Assembly: GCA_965603825.1 (NCBI GenBank)
Contig: CBFDEM010000004.1
Span: forward strand, 496,001 to 560,000
Direction: 5' to 3'
Length of the DNA: 64,000 nucleotides
DNA from: Blepharisma stoltei ATCC 30299
Taxonomy: Eukaryota > Protista > Ciliophora
The notes under the pieces: model-generated
What the model was told of the DNA's origin: nothing
Seen by the model: the letters and a program-made list of their open reading frames with translations, nothing else
Database searches by the model: none
Shown here: piece after piece, positions 26,501 through 39,131 of the stretch
How positions within the stretch are numbered: position 1 is the first letter of the stretch
How the letters are laid out: each line of letters starts with the position of its first letter
Translations under genes and position numbers: made by a program

Positions 26501-29500
26501 ACTCCCTTGCTGGCCAGTTTGGTTGAAAAACGTAGAGGAATGTATTGTTGCATTAGACAGAGTCAAAAGAATTCCAGGAGTGATTGAATTCGCAAGGTTG
26601 CGAGAAAAGGCAGAAAACCCAATGCTGATTGATGAATCCAGCAAAGCGACAGCAGCTTGATTGCTTGAGTAGTTTTCTATAAAACCGCAGTGAGAGATAT
26701 TTGAAGTTGGCGATGTAGAGCCCAACAAATAAACTGCTGACCCTTGATCACCGCTTTGATTTTTATGAAAAACTGTATAGGAAATATTGAGTACAGAGCT
26801 CTGTTCATTGTATATTGCACCTCCAGAAAAATTTGCCTGGTTGTTTATAAAATAGCAGGAAGCACAGCTGAATTGTGACTTTGAACCTAATGATACCCCC
26901 CCTCCGTTGCCACCAGATACGTTTTCGATGAATGAAGTGTTTTCACAGCTTGCTGAGGAGCCATCTAGCATTTTCAATCCTCCGCCCTCTATTCCTACAT
27001 TCAGTTTAAAAGTTGAGTTTTGATCAAATCACTGATCATAATCTAAATGGATAGCTACACCACTATTTGAAGTGAAGTTGCAATAGCTTGTTTTGATATA
27101 AGAAAAGACATCCGAGTTTGATAGGAAAATCACCGCCTTGCCTGTATTTTCTTTAAAGTTAGAGCTATCAATAAGAACTTTTGAAGCAGTTAAAACTGAA
27201 TCATCAGCATGCTCTGCATAAATTGCAGAGCCTAGTCTCCCAACATTTAAACTAAAAGTGCATTGAGACATTTCCAAAACCCCGGCTCTAAACAAGACAG
27301 CTACTACTCCTGAATTATGGACATAGTTCTCAATAAATTCGCACTGTACAACTTTTGCATACCCATACAATTTCACGTCACTGGAAATATATAGTCCTGA
27401 TCCATAATTTGCATTGTTTTTAGTAAAATTGGATTCTGCAAGAGAGAAGGATATAAGATTAGAAGAAACTCCAGTGTTCTTTAGAAAAATCGCCCCTCCA
27501 GATCCCAAGTTTGCCTCATTTTGAGTAAATGTGCATTCACTAATACTTATATTCATTGTGCCATGAAAAGCATGTGAAATATATATGCCTGCCCCATCTG
27601 TTGGAGATTGATTGGATGTAAAATCGCACTGACAAATTTTAATGGTTCTTCCGCTAAATACAACTGCTCCATTAACTGCATAGTTATTTTCAAAGTTTGT
27701 TTTGAACATTGAAACAGAATGATTAACACCCTTTATATAGATGGATCCATATCCCAATTCTAATTCGTTATTTCTATTGTTCATAAAATCTGAATAATCA
27801 ATTGAAGTCTCATTTCCTCCATCAATTAGTAAAATAGTTGGGTAGACAGTCGATGCACCATAGTTACCATCGAATACTGTTGCATTGATAAATATAATAT
27901 TGGTAGAATATATGCAAATTGTGGGAAGAGAATCCTTGCAGTAGTTATTTTCTAAATGAGAATTGATTATGCTGATGTTTGTCGCAGTATCGAGGTAAGC
28001 CAATGATGTGCAATCAAAAGTGCTTGCAGGAATGTATTGCTTTAGGTATATGCTGCTATCATTCAATCAATAGCTGAAAAGAATAGTATTAATATCTTCA
28101 TTTTTTAAATCAGAACTTCCATTTGAATTCATTGTGACATTCTCAAACCGCATATTGACAAGCTTGGTAATTTCAAACATTCCAGAACCTCCTGAAAAAT
28201 TATTAATGAAGTTGACGTATGCTCAGTGGAATGTCCGATACCTTTGATATGCAGACAATCTTTTGCCCTTAGATGTAGTTATGATAGATGTCACACCGTG
28301 AATATAAGAATCTCGAACAATGGCATTATAAATAAAAATAATAGGACCGCTTTCAACTGCATTATTCTCAATATCTACTGACCCAAAGTATATATTTTGC
28401 AATTCAATTTGATAGCTCACTCATAGAATACCTGCTGATACTGCATAATTGTTTTTAAAGATGCTGTTCGTGATTGATATATGATTTATCAAGTAATCCT
28501 CAATTTCATTTTCTGAATTAACATCTGACTTTAATAATAAATTTGTCGGCATTGCATATATTAGCCCATCTTTTACATAATTATAAGTAAAGTTGCAGTT
28601 ATGAATATCAATTCTTCTAAAAATTTCTAAATAAATGAGTGAAGACACACTAACATTGGTTTCTGGGGCATAAACTGCGTTTTCAGTGAATTCGATATCA
28701 TGCAATTCAATATTTCCAATCTTATAAGCTAGCAAAAACCCTCTGAAAATGAGATCTTTGGAATACTCAAACCCGTTATTAAGCCTTGACACTTTGCCTC
28801 CTTCAATCACCAAATCTCCGCAATCATAATACTTGTTTCCGCAATTTCTATAAATTATAACTGATGATTCTTGGTTGGGAGCTGTTCTAATATTATCAAA
28901 CGTGACATTGCTAAAAATGAGGTCTCCTCCAACATTAAAAATTAGAGAAGCCTCTTCCAGCCTTCAATTGATAAATGCTACATTTTCTAAAAACAGCTGT
29001 GTCCCAGGAAGAATTTCAAATAAATTTCAGCTATGGAAATCGCTGCAGTAGGTTGAATTTGTGAAATCTGAGATTGGGCTATTTCGATCGTCTTTATAAG
29101 TTCCGTCGTACTGCAAGGTTACAGTTGGACAATAAGAGCATGCATTATCTAAGCAGCCATTGTTTCCATGAACCCATTCATTCCCATCAAAGATTACATT
29201 GCTTATGTCAAGATAATTAGTATTATTCATAGCTATCGTAAGAATCGATCAATCAATTTTTGGCTTGAGATATACATAATCATCGTTAAGAGTTGTAATT
29301 GTTAGTATTTCTCGTTGAAGCTGAGAGTTAAACGGCTTTGTTGGATCTTCTGTTGTGACATAAATAGGATAGCTCTGATTGAGTTGAGTGAGATAATGGA
29401 CTCCATCATTTAAAAGATATACAATTGAATCCTTGGTGTTTATTGTTGCTAAAGCAAGCGCTAAAGATTGGAAGGGAGACTCATAAGTCCCAAGACCTCC

Positions 29501-30880
29501 GATTGGATCATCAGTCTGTATCGAAGTCACATAATACTCAGCAGGAGAGCCCATATTTGATTTATCTTCAGCAGGTATGCACATATCAAGCTCATCAAAA
29601 AGATTAAGAGAAGTAAATCCAGAAGGGCAGCTCTCTAAACAGTAACCAAAAAACTGATGAGTTTTTGAATAGTCACACTGAAAGCACCCTCCAGGATCCT
29701 TATTATAACATTTCAAACAATTGGAGTCAGAACACTGATAGCTTCGTTCTGGGTCACAATTTATTCACGAATAAGCACAGTATTCATTATCACATTCAGC
29801 CATGCAAGCAGAAGAGTCCAGCAGACTGGTCGTATTGCACTTTGTTTTTTCCTTACAATGATTTAAGCTTGGAACAGTTTTTAAGTCATTATTAATTAAG
29901 CGCAAATGCGCATATAGCAGTATCTCTTCTTTATTAGTGCATCTCTTTGATGGATCGGAGCTGCATTGGTCATATGAGCATTCAGGCACCATGCAACCCT
30001 CAGAACATTTGCCTCATTCTGTATGATAGCAGGTCTCTGCGCATTGGCAGTCCTTCACATCTCAGCTGCAGGCCTTATTATAGCATTCTTGATTGCAAAT
30101 TCCATTTCCAATCATATTTTTATAGCACAGACTTGCGCAGTACCCACAAAGCATATTGTCAAACAGGCATGCAGAGTTATTGCATAAAGAATCGCACACA
30201 GTATTTTTTAATAAATCTTCTGTACAACCTGGAGAACAGTCGCAATCAGTGCCATCTCAATTGCAATTTTGGTTATGGCACTCTGACTGGCAGATTCCGT
30301 CTTCAATCATTCATAAAAAGCAACCATCGGAGCAATCAGAAGTAGAACAGTCTCCGAAATCATAATTGCAGCTTGCTGTCCTGCATGCAGGATCACACTT
30401 ATTATTTCCGAGCATATCTGAGGAGCACCCAGTGTTGCACTCTTTGCAAATCCCAGCTCCATAGTAACAAGTTGAATTATTACATTCTTTATAGCAGTGA
30501 CTTCCCAGCATATAATCATAGCCTAAATTATAATTACATCCTTGTGCGCAGTATCCACAATCCCCTAAATCAAATCCACATTCTAAATTATTACATTCAG
30601 AATTGCATACAGAATTGCCCAAGAGTTCTTCAGGGCATCCACGACTGTAAATGCAATTTTCATAGCAATCAGAATTTTTAAATGAGAGAGGTGAAGAATA
30701 GGGAGTCGAAGAATCTAAATTGCAATAAGGTGCCATGCATTCTAAGTCGCAAGATCCATCTCCTCTCTGAATTAAAATTACCCAATTAGAAGGGCATCAA
30801 TTCTCGTTGCACGATAAACTATAAATTGATAATCCTAAGATGATCTTCAGTGAAAATATTAAAATCATTTCTTCTCGCAT
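23507..30880 (-). CDS. Giant membrane protein (~2450 aa): signal peptide, LNR (Lin12/Notch) repeats, furin-like Cys region, Pmp/pectin-lyase-like beta-helix repeats, multi-TM C-terminus
   Basis: The component track ORFs are in frame through TGA. Shows GNxxCxxxCNxxxCxxDxGDC repeats, many FxxN..GGAI repeats and a hydrophobic C-terminus; one probable 15-nt intron. Confidence 0.85.
30767..30781 (-). other. Probable 15-nt spliceosomal intron (in frame, no stop)
   Basis: GTAATTTTAATTCAG with A at position 10; removal gives CPSNWRGDGSCDLEC, restoring LNR spacing. Confidence 0.75.
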
Positions 30881-31225
30881 TATTAATAATTCAACTATCA
30901 TGCATTTTAATATGACAAAGATAAATATATTTTTAAGAATTTTAATTTTTAAATAAAGGCTTCTTATATCATAAGAAGAAAAGTATAATGAGCTGGCTTT
31001 AATGTGAAATCATCCTGCATATCAAGCTTTTCAAAAAGCATATTGATTACATACAAAAAAACTGGCATGTGCAAAAGGACAAAAAATTTTAAATGCTTAA
31101 TATCTAATTAATTCCTTATGCTTAAAATACGATTAATAGATATTATTATGATTGCATGCAATTTTATTTTTTCAACTATTCTAGTTTAATATTAAATAAT
31201 AAATGCTGTTATATATATTTACAAT

Positions 31226-33373
31226 TTATAATAGCAAATAACGGGATATTTTACTGAAGAGCTGCTTAGGATTGCAGGGCTTGGGTATGCATTCTTTCAT
31301 TCCAGCATCCAAACATGCCTTTACATCTTGCCCAGAGGTAAAAGCAGTATATCCTATTATTGTCGGTAAATTCTCAATATTCCCCTGAGAATGCAACTCC
31401 TAAATTATAGTGGCTGCCTCTCAGCCGTTGAGATCAGGCATACTTCCATCCATAATCACCAATTTATATGACCTTTTTCAACTATCCATCATCTTCACAA
31501 ATTCGACAGCCTGACTTCCAGTGCACGCTTCATGGTACGATATATTGTTGCTGGAAAGAAGTGATCCAAGTGCAATCCGGTTAAATTCATTGTCATCAAC
31601 AATTAATACATTAGGATAGCTTTGGCTGATGACTGAACTGAAATCTTTGATTTTGATGGGAAAAGAATCCTCATCAGTATCCTCGTCAATACTTTCACTG
31701 TAAGCATCTTCATTCCAAGTAGTTTCTTCAGAGATATCAATTGTGAAACTAAATGTTGACCCCTGCTTGTGCCTTGATTCAACTTCAATGCACTTTGATC
31801 CCAATTCTTTAGCAATAATGTTAGATATAAATAGCCCAAGTCCGCAGCCAGTGGGATTTAAGCTCTTATTATGGGTGCTAAATTCCCTAAACAAATCTTT
31901 TAATTTATTTTCCTTCATTCCAACCCCAGTATCTCGAACAATTACTTTCATTTTCTCATTAGCACACCCGACACAAGCGACCTCGATATGGCCTGATATC
32001 GTAAACTTTAGTGCATTACTCAGCAAATTTAGAAGAATTTGATTAAATCTCAGTGCATCAGTGCAAATATAAGCTGGTAACTGAGGATCTATTCTTACAA
32101 ATAGCTGTAGAGACTTTTTTTCTAGCTGAAGTTTGATTAATTGCGTTGCACTATTAATTGCATCATATAGTAAAATTGTTGACTTTTGAATAGAAAACAC
32201 TCCTGCTAGAATTTTAGAATAGTCAAGCAAGTCATTGATGAGATTCAAAAGAAGTTCAGAAGAAACCATAGCAATGCTTAGTTTTTCGCTCCATTCTTTA
32301 TTTTTTTTGATCTCAGGCTCTTCTTTTAAGCTCTCAACCAAAGTTGCTATCGCGTTTACAGGAGTTCTTAGTTCATGAGAAACAGATCTCAAAATTATAG
32401 TCTTCAAATTGTTGTCTGATACTGACTTTTCCAGTTGAATTATATTGTTGACGTTTCTTAAAGTCAATAAAATTGCCTCATCATCATTCCATAGCACTTT
32501 TTGACATTTTCATTCTAAATAATTTTTATTCACTTCGCATATACCAAGAAGATTCTCTTCATTTATTTGCAAACTCTTAACTGAATTTATATCATCAATT
32601 AGTTTGTTCGAGAGAGATAAATTTGAATATTTCTTTCCTTCGCAATAATTAATTGATGATATAACATTCATCAAATTATTTAAGTCGCAGTTTAGCAACT
32701 TAACTATATTTTCATTGGAAAACAAAATTTCTTTGTTTTGGGAAATTATCAAGATCCCATCAGGAAATAATTTGAAAATCAGCTCAATCCTTTTTTCAGC
32801 ATTTTCAATATTCTTTCGTGATAAAAATTTCTCATAGGAGTTTTCTTTCATGTTCCGCCACCATAATTCACATAGAAGAAAAATTAAAAAGAAAGTCATT
32901 TGTGGGAGGAAAGAATGGAATAAGAACTCTGTGTCTTCCATAAGATCAATGAAATTAAACATGATCAAGTTTTTGAGCAAGATTAAATTTCGAACCCAAA
33001 AGCGCTTGATAAATGGCCATTCATATAAATTTATTGAGGCAAAAGAAAGGGTGGCGAGGAGAGTTCGCATTTGCTGGACTTCTTTAGTTCACATTGAGAA
33101 TCATAAAAACCCATTGAGTTCTGAAATAATTATTGCAGCAGCGGATTTTATATTCATGCTTCTGTTCTCCATAAGCCAAATAAAAAAACTTTGTAAAACC
33201 GAAAACAAGTTATAAGGGGCGAATTTGATCAGGATTTCATAATCCTTGATAAAAAAAACATTCAAAAGGAATAGTAGCACAATCACTTTTGTTATAATAA
33301 AATTAAACTTCTTAAGTATTTGGTATTTTTCATTGACTTCTTCTTCCCACCAGAGATTTTTTAGGTCTACCAT
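31226..33373 (-). CDS. Membrane-bound hybrid histidine kinase (TM, PAS-like region, HisKA, HATPase, receiver) with in-frame TAG at 31400-31402
   Basis: SHELRTP, NLLSNALKFT, DTGVG, GCGLGL, VDDN, MDGSMP, TAF and KP motifs; receiver homology continues past the TAG to a TAA at 31226. Confidence 0.82.
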
Positions 33374-33841
33374 ATTTTGCAAGCGTCTAATTGCTTTATT
33401 AAATAGGCTATTGCTAATTAGATTCGAGATTAATTTCATATTTCGAAAATTAAAATCTGACACATCTATAATGCATGATAAAATTATTTCCTTAATTTTC
33501 AAAATATCGAAAGCACCAAAATTTATAAAAATATAAATTTACTAAAAAAGAAAATAATACCAAAATAAAACCATTTGCTTTGCCTTCCTATACTTTATAA
33601 TTTTTTAAAAAATTATCTATTGTATTTTGCAGAGGCAATTCATAATAAAGTCCCTGCATTTGAACATGAAAATCAGATATTTATAATGGGTCTGCTTTGA
33701 TTTAAGTTATTTAAAGGTGTTTATTATAAGATAAAAAAAATAAAAATCAAGTAAGTATACTTTCAACATCATTATTATTTTCTTAGCAAATGCTTGGAGA
33801 GTGGAAGAAAGGAATCATATATTCTTAAATTAGTTCTAATA

Positions 33842-35981
33842 CTATGAACGAAAAATTAGATTTTGAGAGAAATGTTCAAAACCAGAATTCTTTTTTCTTT
33901 CAGTAAAAACTGGCTTATAATCCTCTTCTAAATCTTCAACGATTTCCATATCTCTTTTTGGCTCTTTCAATGTGATGCTTTGTCTGAGATCTTCAAAACT
34001 TATAATATTTTCAAAATCTCTGTCATTATTTCTTTTCTGGAAATCTCCCATTTCGTCAATAAGCTCACTCTCATCCATATTTGCTTCCTTTTCACCAAGT
34101 TTTATTGGAGAGCTTTCAATTTTTGTTTTATCTAGTTCTGACGATTCAAAATTGCTAATTATTTGGGCAAATTCTGTTGGGCATAATCGATCTTCTGGAG
34201 CAATCATCTCAAATTCGCATAAATAGCTTATTATTGTACCATTAATGATGCCTCGAATAAAACCTCCATATAATTGGCTAATAAATCCTCCAATTAAGCA
34301 TCCAAAAGAAATAGGAAAAACAATCGACCCAATATATCTTGTATATTCTCCATTTATTGTTTCATCCCTATAATGAATTCAAAGTATAACTAAAACAGAT
34401 GGGATTAAAAATAAGTTTATTTGTATTTGAAATGTCAGCTTGCTTAGACTTAGCATCATTGAATCTTGGCGACCTTTATTCCTCCTAGTTAAGAAATATG
34501 ATTGCTTGGAAGAATTCATAAAATCATTTCCTCATAGGATTTGGAAAGAATAAAATATCTCTGTATAATATTTTAGTCAAGATTCAAGGCAAGCAAACAT
34601 TGGGGAATATAAAAATAGCAAAAAGTTTGATAAGCAATTTTCCCTTGCCTTTAAGTCTCTTTTTAAGCCACTCAATGTGCTTCTTGGAGAAGAAAGAGCA
34701 GGAAGAAGAACGGAAGAATAGCAAATAGTTCCCAAATGATATGTAAAAATCAATTTTAATGTTGGAAAAATCATTGATTTATTTTTTTCATAAGAAAAAT
34801 AATGAAAGCATGCAAGTCCATTTCCCAGCATTTGAATTAAGTGAGATATAAAACTCAGCCATCATAGGCAGATTAATAATCCACTAAGAGTTGCAAGCCT
34901 TATATATGGATTATAGGTAACTTCTTTAACTTGACCACCGATTACTAAATTTTCATCTATAATTTCATAATCAGCTAAGCTAAGACCAAATGTTACTAAA
35001 ATTCAAATTGCGCAAAAAAAGAATAGAGCAAAAATAGATCCAAAAAACGGAATGAGTAGAGGAACTACTTGCTTCACTAGTGCTAAATTTCCAAATTTCA
35101 ATAAATTTCATGCACTTCTAGTGTCATTGCAAAAAATCAAATTAAAAAACCATATAAGCCCTAAAATTCCTAAAACATACGAAGATATTCTCCAGCGATT
35201 TAAATGATCAAAACTGCAACTTTCCATCACAACAGGGCCTTTATCTTCACACAATCGATCTTCTTCTCGATCCCCTTCTTTAAAGATTTCATAAGATAGT
35301 CCTTCAATTAATACAAAAAATAAAGCCAAATTTAGGTATATCAATACCCTCAAAAATCCTAATTTTACCTTGAAGACTATTAATCAAAGGGTTCCTAGAA
35401 TACTTGTGAAAATGCCACTTAAAAGTAGCAAATCCCAAGATCTAACTATGTCCCCTGCTCAATTCTCAATGTTTCTATCATCAATGAACTCATAAACTTT
35501 TTTTCTCTTGTCTTTTTCTGCAGGTATACAATATTTATTTTTATATGGCTTTGAAGGATATGTAGAAAAGCATTGATTTATGTCTATTGATAAATCAGTA
35601 TCGTACAAGCAAACTCCATATTCTACAGTGTAAGCAGGGCATCCACTTAAGCATACAACGATATTTGTAGTCTCTAAAGGATTAACAAAAAATCCATAAC
35701 TTTCTTTAGATAAATTTCCTTCTCCACACAAACTTGCCCTGAAATCATAAGGGGCAGTTAATAATTTCTGGTTTCCTGCATACAAGCCTTAAATAAAAAT
35801 TACTGTAAATTATAATTGCTACAAGCCCAAGATTGCAAACCAAAAATATAATGAGGCAGCTTCCATCACTGCATCTCCTGTGCATAACAGGCCCTTCAAA
35901 GGACCTTCTAGAAGTTAGCGGCTTATTCAAAGGATGGGACAACTCTTTTTCTTCTCAGTTTTCAATTTTAGTTCTACTCAT
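33842..35981 (-). CDS. Choline transporter-like (CTL/SLC44) protein (~707 aa)
   Basis: FEGPVMHRRCSD, APYD...CG, VCLSGCP and YHLGTICYSS motifs; multi-TM; a 16-nt intron is needed to keep frame. Confidence 0.83.
35788..35803 (-). other. 16-nt intron
   Basis: GTAATTTTTATTTAAG; removal joins the two frames (IIIY-S-LYAGN). Confidence 0.85.
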
Positions 35982-36575
35982 TAAAATATTTTATCAACAC
36001 TTGTCCAAAATTATGAAATTCAAAAACTTTAAAAATATCCAGGAAATTCATCTTTTAATCTTAATATTGTCGATTATAGCATAGCAATAATATCTTATTT
36101 CACTTTTTCGTGATTTAGTATTTGAATAGATTTACTAAATATGATTATAAGATATTAGATTATATTAAATAATTTAAAAAATAAATTTTGCTATATTGAT
36201 ATCATTATACTTGTTTGACTATTTTCTTCATTAATTCTCAAAATATAATGAACCTTGAAAAATAGCTTCACCTATCTGAAATATTCATAATTAAGTCTCT
36301 TTGATGAAATAAATGTCTCAATTCAGCATGCTCTTCTAATTGGCAAAAATTTTGGATATAAGTGGCTAGGTTTTATTCATTGTTCACCCCATTCTCCCTA
36401 CTAATTTTAATAGAAATAAGAGAAGAAAAATTAAAATTGTTGGAGAGAGAAATAATTAAAAAAAGAATATATTAGCACTGTTCCATATTATTTCACTCAA
36501 GTCAATTGTCATAAATGAATACCCAACAATAAAGATCATAAAATTAATTAAATTAATATTTCATAGGTAATCAAA

Positions 36576-38864
36576 ATGAATGAGCAGATCATTAGTCTTC
36601 AAGAAAATAGTCCCTTCCCTGATGAATATTTGCACTCAGAAAACATATTAAAAGCTGAAACATTTCGCCTCAAACAAGAAATCGAACAGCAATACAGTTC
36701 AAAAACGCAAGAAATGGAAAGCATTAAAAGCATAGATTTATCAGAACAAGTAAAGCTAAGGAACCAACTAAACCTTCTTGTTTCTGAAAATAGCTCAAGG
36801 CAAAATACGCTTGGGGTTTTAGAAGAAACCATTAGAAAACTAGAAAGAATTGCAATTGAAAACGTTACAAATTCTCAACTCCCATTGCAAAACAAAGCAA
36901 GCGATCTATTGAGGCAAGTTTTGGAACAGGAGTCGAAAGTTTCACTTGAAACCAAAAACTCTGAGGCCTTATCAAAAATGAGGGCGAAGGAAAGACTTTC
37001 TGCAATGATTTTGAGTCAAAGGCTGAAAGAGATGGGCGATACGCACTCAAGAATAACTAAACACCATTCAGCTTTGTTGCAAAATAAATTTACATCAAAA
37101 AATAACTCAATTATTGTGCAATTACAGACTGATAAATACCAAGAGGCTGTAGAAAAATCGAAAACTGACTTTGAAAATAACTATAAGAAACTAGGTATAA
37201 TGAAACAGAATGTTGTAAATAAATCTGAAGATATAATCGAAAGAATGGGCTTTTTCAGCATCCAGAAAAAAATAAATGAATCTGCGAAGAAGAATTTAGT
37301 GGGTCAGCTGCTTGAAAATGAAATTACTTTAAAGCAATCTCATAATGAACTGCAAGAAATGAAAAAGGCACTTGCAACCTATTTTTATCATTTTAAAAAG
37401 ATTGAAGACATCATGTGCCGAAATAATCATCAGTGTGACATTACTCATGGAATTGGCCAGCAGGAAATTGATGAAATTATATTGTGCTATAAAGAATTAA
37501 TTTTCAAGGAAACCTCCTTGAGCACTAGGTACCAAGAACTTTCGCTGCTTCAAGCGATCAAAAAGGACGAGTTTCTGAATATCGATCAAGAGCTCGATAA
37601 TTTAAAACGTGAAAACTCAGGGATTATTGATAGTGCTCCTAATAGCACTTTTAATGAAGCTCTCTTTAAGATTGAAACAGTCCCAAAGAGCATTAAAGAA
37701 TCTTCTCGATTTTCTGAAAACCTGCTGCTCCTGCTATATGTTTTTTTTTCTCATATTATTGATAATTATGTTTATTTTTTGGAAAGGATCAATGACCAAG
37801 CTGTTGAAGAGAGCAAACTGCAAAAGCTAACGAGAGATTTTCGATCTGCAACTGCAGCAATTTTAAAAGGAATCAAGCGAGAATCAATAAGAAAATCACG
37901 TCGCATGGTAACTTTAATCAAAAAAAAATTCTTACCATCCTTGCAAAGAATGGACTCAATGAATTCGAGTGCAAAACTCTTTTTTCACAAGCTGTCAAAG
38001 AGCCAGATTGCTCAGGCATTTCTTCAATTTTTCCCTAATGATAAAAGACTATCATTGCTGTTTTCGAGTTTCGTTGAGGACTGCCAAATAATCAGAATTT
38101 TCCTCAACGAAGAAATGCTGAAAAACTTCTTATCTGAAATATCAAGAGAAGAAATTGCGAATAAGCTTCCGCTTATAAATACAGAGTCCCATGAAATTCT
38201 CAAGCAGAGAATTGTTTTGCTTGGAGAAGAATTCTCGAGAGTCTTGGAAAACTCATTAAAATTAAAAGAAGAAAACATGAGGTTTGTTAACAGCTGCGAC
38301 ATTAAGCATCAAGGCAAAGTTAGAGAAATAACTAGAATTTTCGAGAGCAAAAAGCTAGAAATTAAAAATATTGAGAAAGCTGTAGATATCACAAACGATA
38401 CTGAAAATGGAATCTATCAAATCGTTGAGAAATCACCAAGGCATCAAGTTCAAAAAAACGAAATGGCGACATTGGAAGAAGTTTTGAAGCCAAGAAAGCT
38501 AAGTTTGCCACATTTAATGATGAAAGATATTCCAAAGTTCAATATGCACCATAAATCCTCAAGTGATGTTTCTGATGAAAAAGTAAAATCTGCTATCAGA
38601 GCTCACACTATTTTGCAAGAAGTCTTGGCCATTGATAAAAAGATGATGACTCTTAAGTTCAAAGAAAAATTGACTCTGAAGAATCAAGCAAAATATGCCA
38701 AATCGCAAATTAAAATCCCAAGAAAGTTTTTCCTTAAGGAGAGAAGTTATAATAATGACTCTGCATCAAAATTTATGTCGTTAACCGATAGGAAACATTT
38801 GAGATCGCATTCAGTAGCTGGATCCACAAGAGCAAGTAAACGATCATATGCTAAAGATTATTAA
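36576..38864 (+). CDS. Coiled-coil protein of unknown function (762 aa)
   Basis: Long uninterrupted ORF rich in E/K/L/Q with heptad-like patterning. Confidence 0.8.
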   Translation: MNEQIISLQENSPFPDEYLHSENILKAETFRLKQEIEQQYSSKTQEMESIKSIDLSEQVKLRNQLNLLVSENSSRQNTLGVLEETIRKLERIAIENVTNSQLPLQNKASDLLRQVLEQESKVSLETKNSEALSKMRAKERLSAMILSQRLKEMGDTHSRITKHHSALLQNKFTSKNNSIIVQLQTDKYQEAVEKSKTDFENNYKKLGIMKQNVVNKSEDIIERMGFFSIQKKINESAKKNLVGQLLENEITLKQSHNELQEMKKALATYFYHFKKIEDIMCRNNHQCDITHGIGQQEIDEIILCYKELIFKETSLSTRYQELSLLQAIKKDEFLNIDQELDNLKRENSGIIDSAPNSTFNEALFKIETVPKSIKESSRFSENLLLLLYVFFSHIIDNYVYFLERINDQAVEESKLQKLTRDFRSATAAILKGIKRESIRKSRRMVTLIKKKFLPSLQRMDSMNSSAKLFFHKLSKSQIAQAFLQFFPNDKRLSLLFSSFVEDCQIIRIFLNEEMLKNFLSEISREEIANKLPLINTESHEILKQRIVLLGEEFSRVLENSLKLKEENMRFVNSCDIKHQGKVREITRIFESKKLEIKNIEKAVDITNDTENGIYQIVEKSPRHQVQKNEMATLEEVLKPRKLSLPHLMMKDIPKFNMHHKSSSDVSDEKVKSAIRAHTILQEVLAIDKKMMTLKFKEKLTLKNQAKYAKSQIKIPRKFFLKERSYNNDSASKFMSLTDRKHLRSHSVAGSTRASKRSYAKDY

Positions 38865-39131
38865 TAAAAACTATATATAATGTCAATCTGTTTTAAAAAA
38901 GAGGATTAATTTTGATAATCAAAATGTCATAACCAGGATATCATTTTATATTAAATGAATATTTTAAAAATTTAACTTTTTAAATAATAAAATGACTGTA
39001 TTAAATTAAGAAATTATCCATTTTGCTAAATATTAGCAAATTGTTTACAATGTTCTTATAATTGTTCTAAGAAATATAAATTTTCATCGGATAATTAATT
39101 AGCGAGCAGATATTGCTAATAGTTTATAAAA

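Noticed and set aside
39022-39040. Palindrome tttgctaa-ata-ttagcaaa upstream of STT3
   Set aside because: 8-bp AT-rich arms are expected by chance at this composition.
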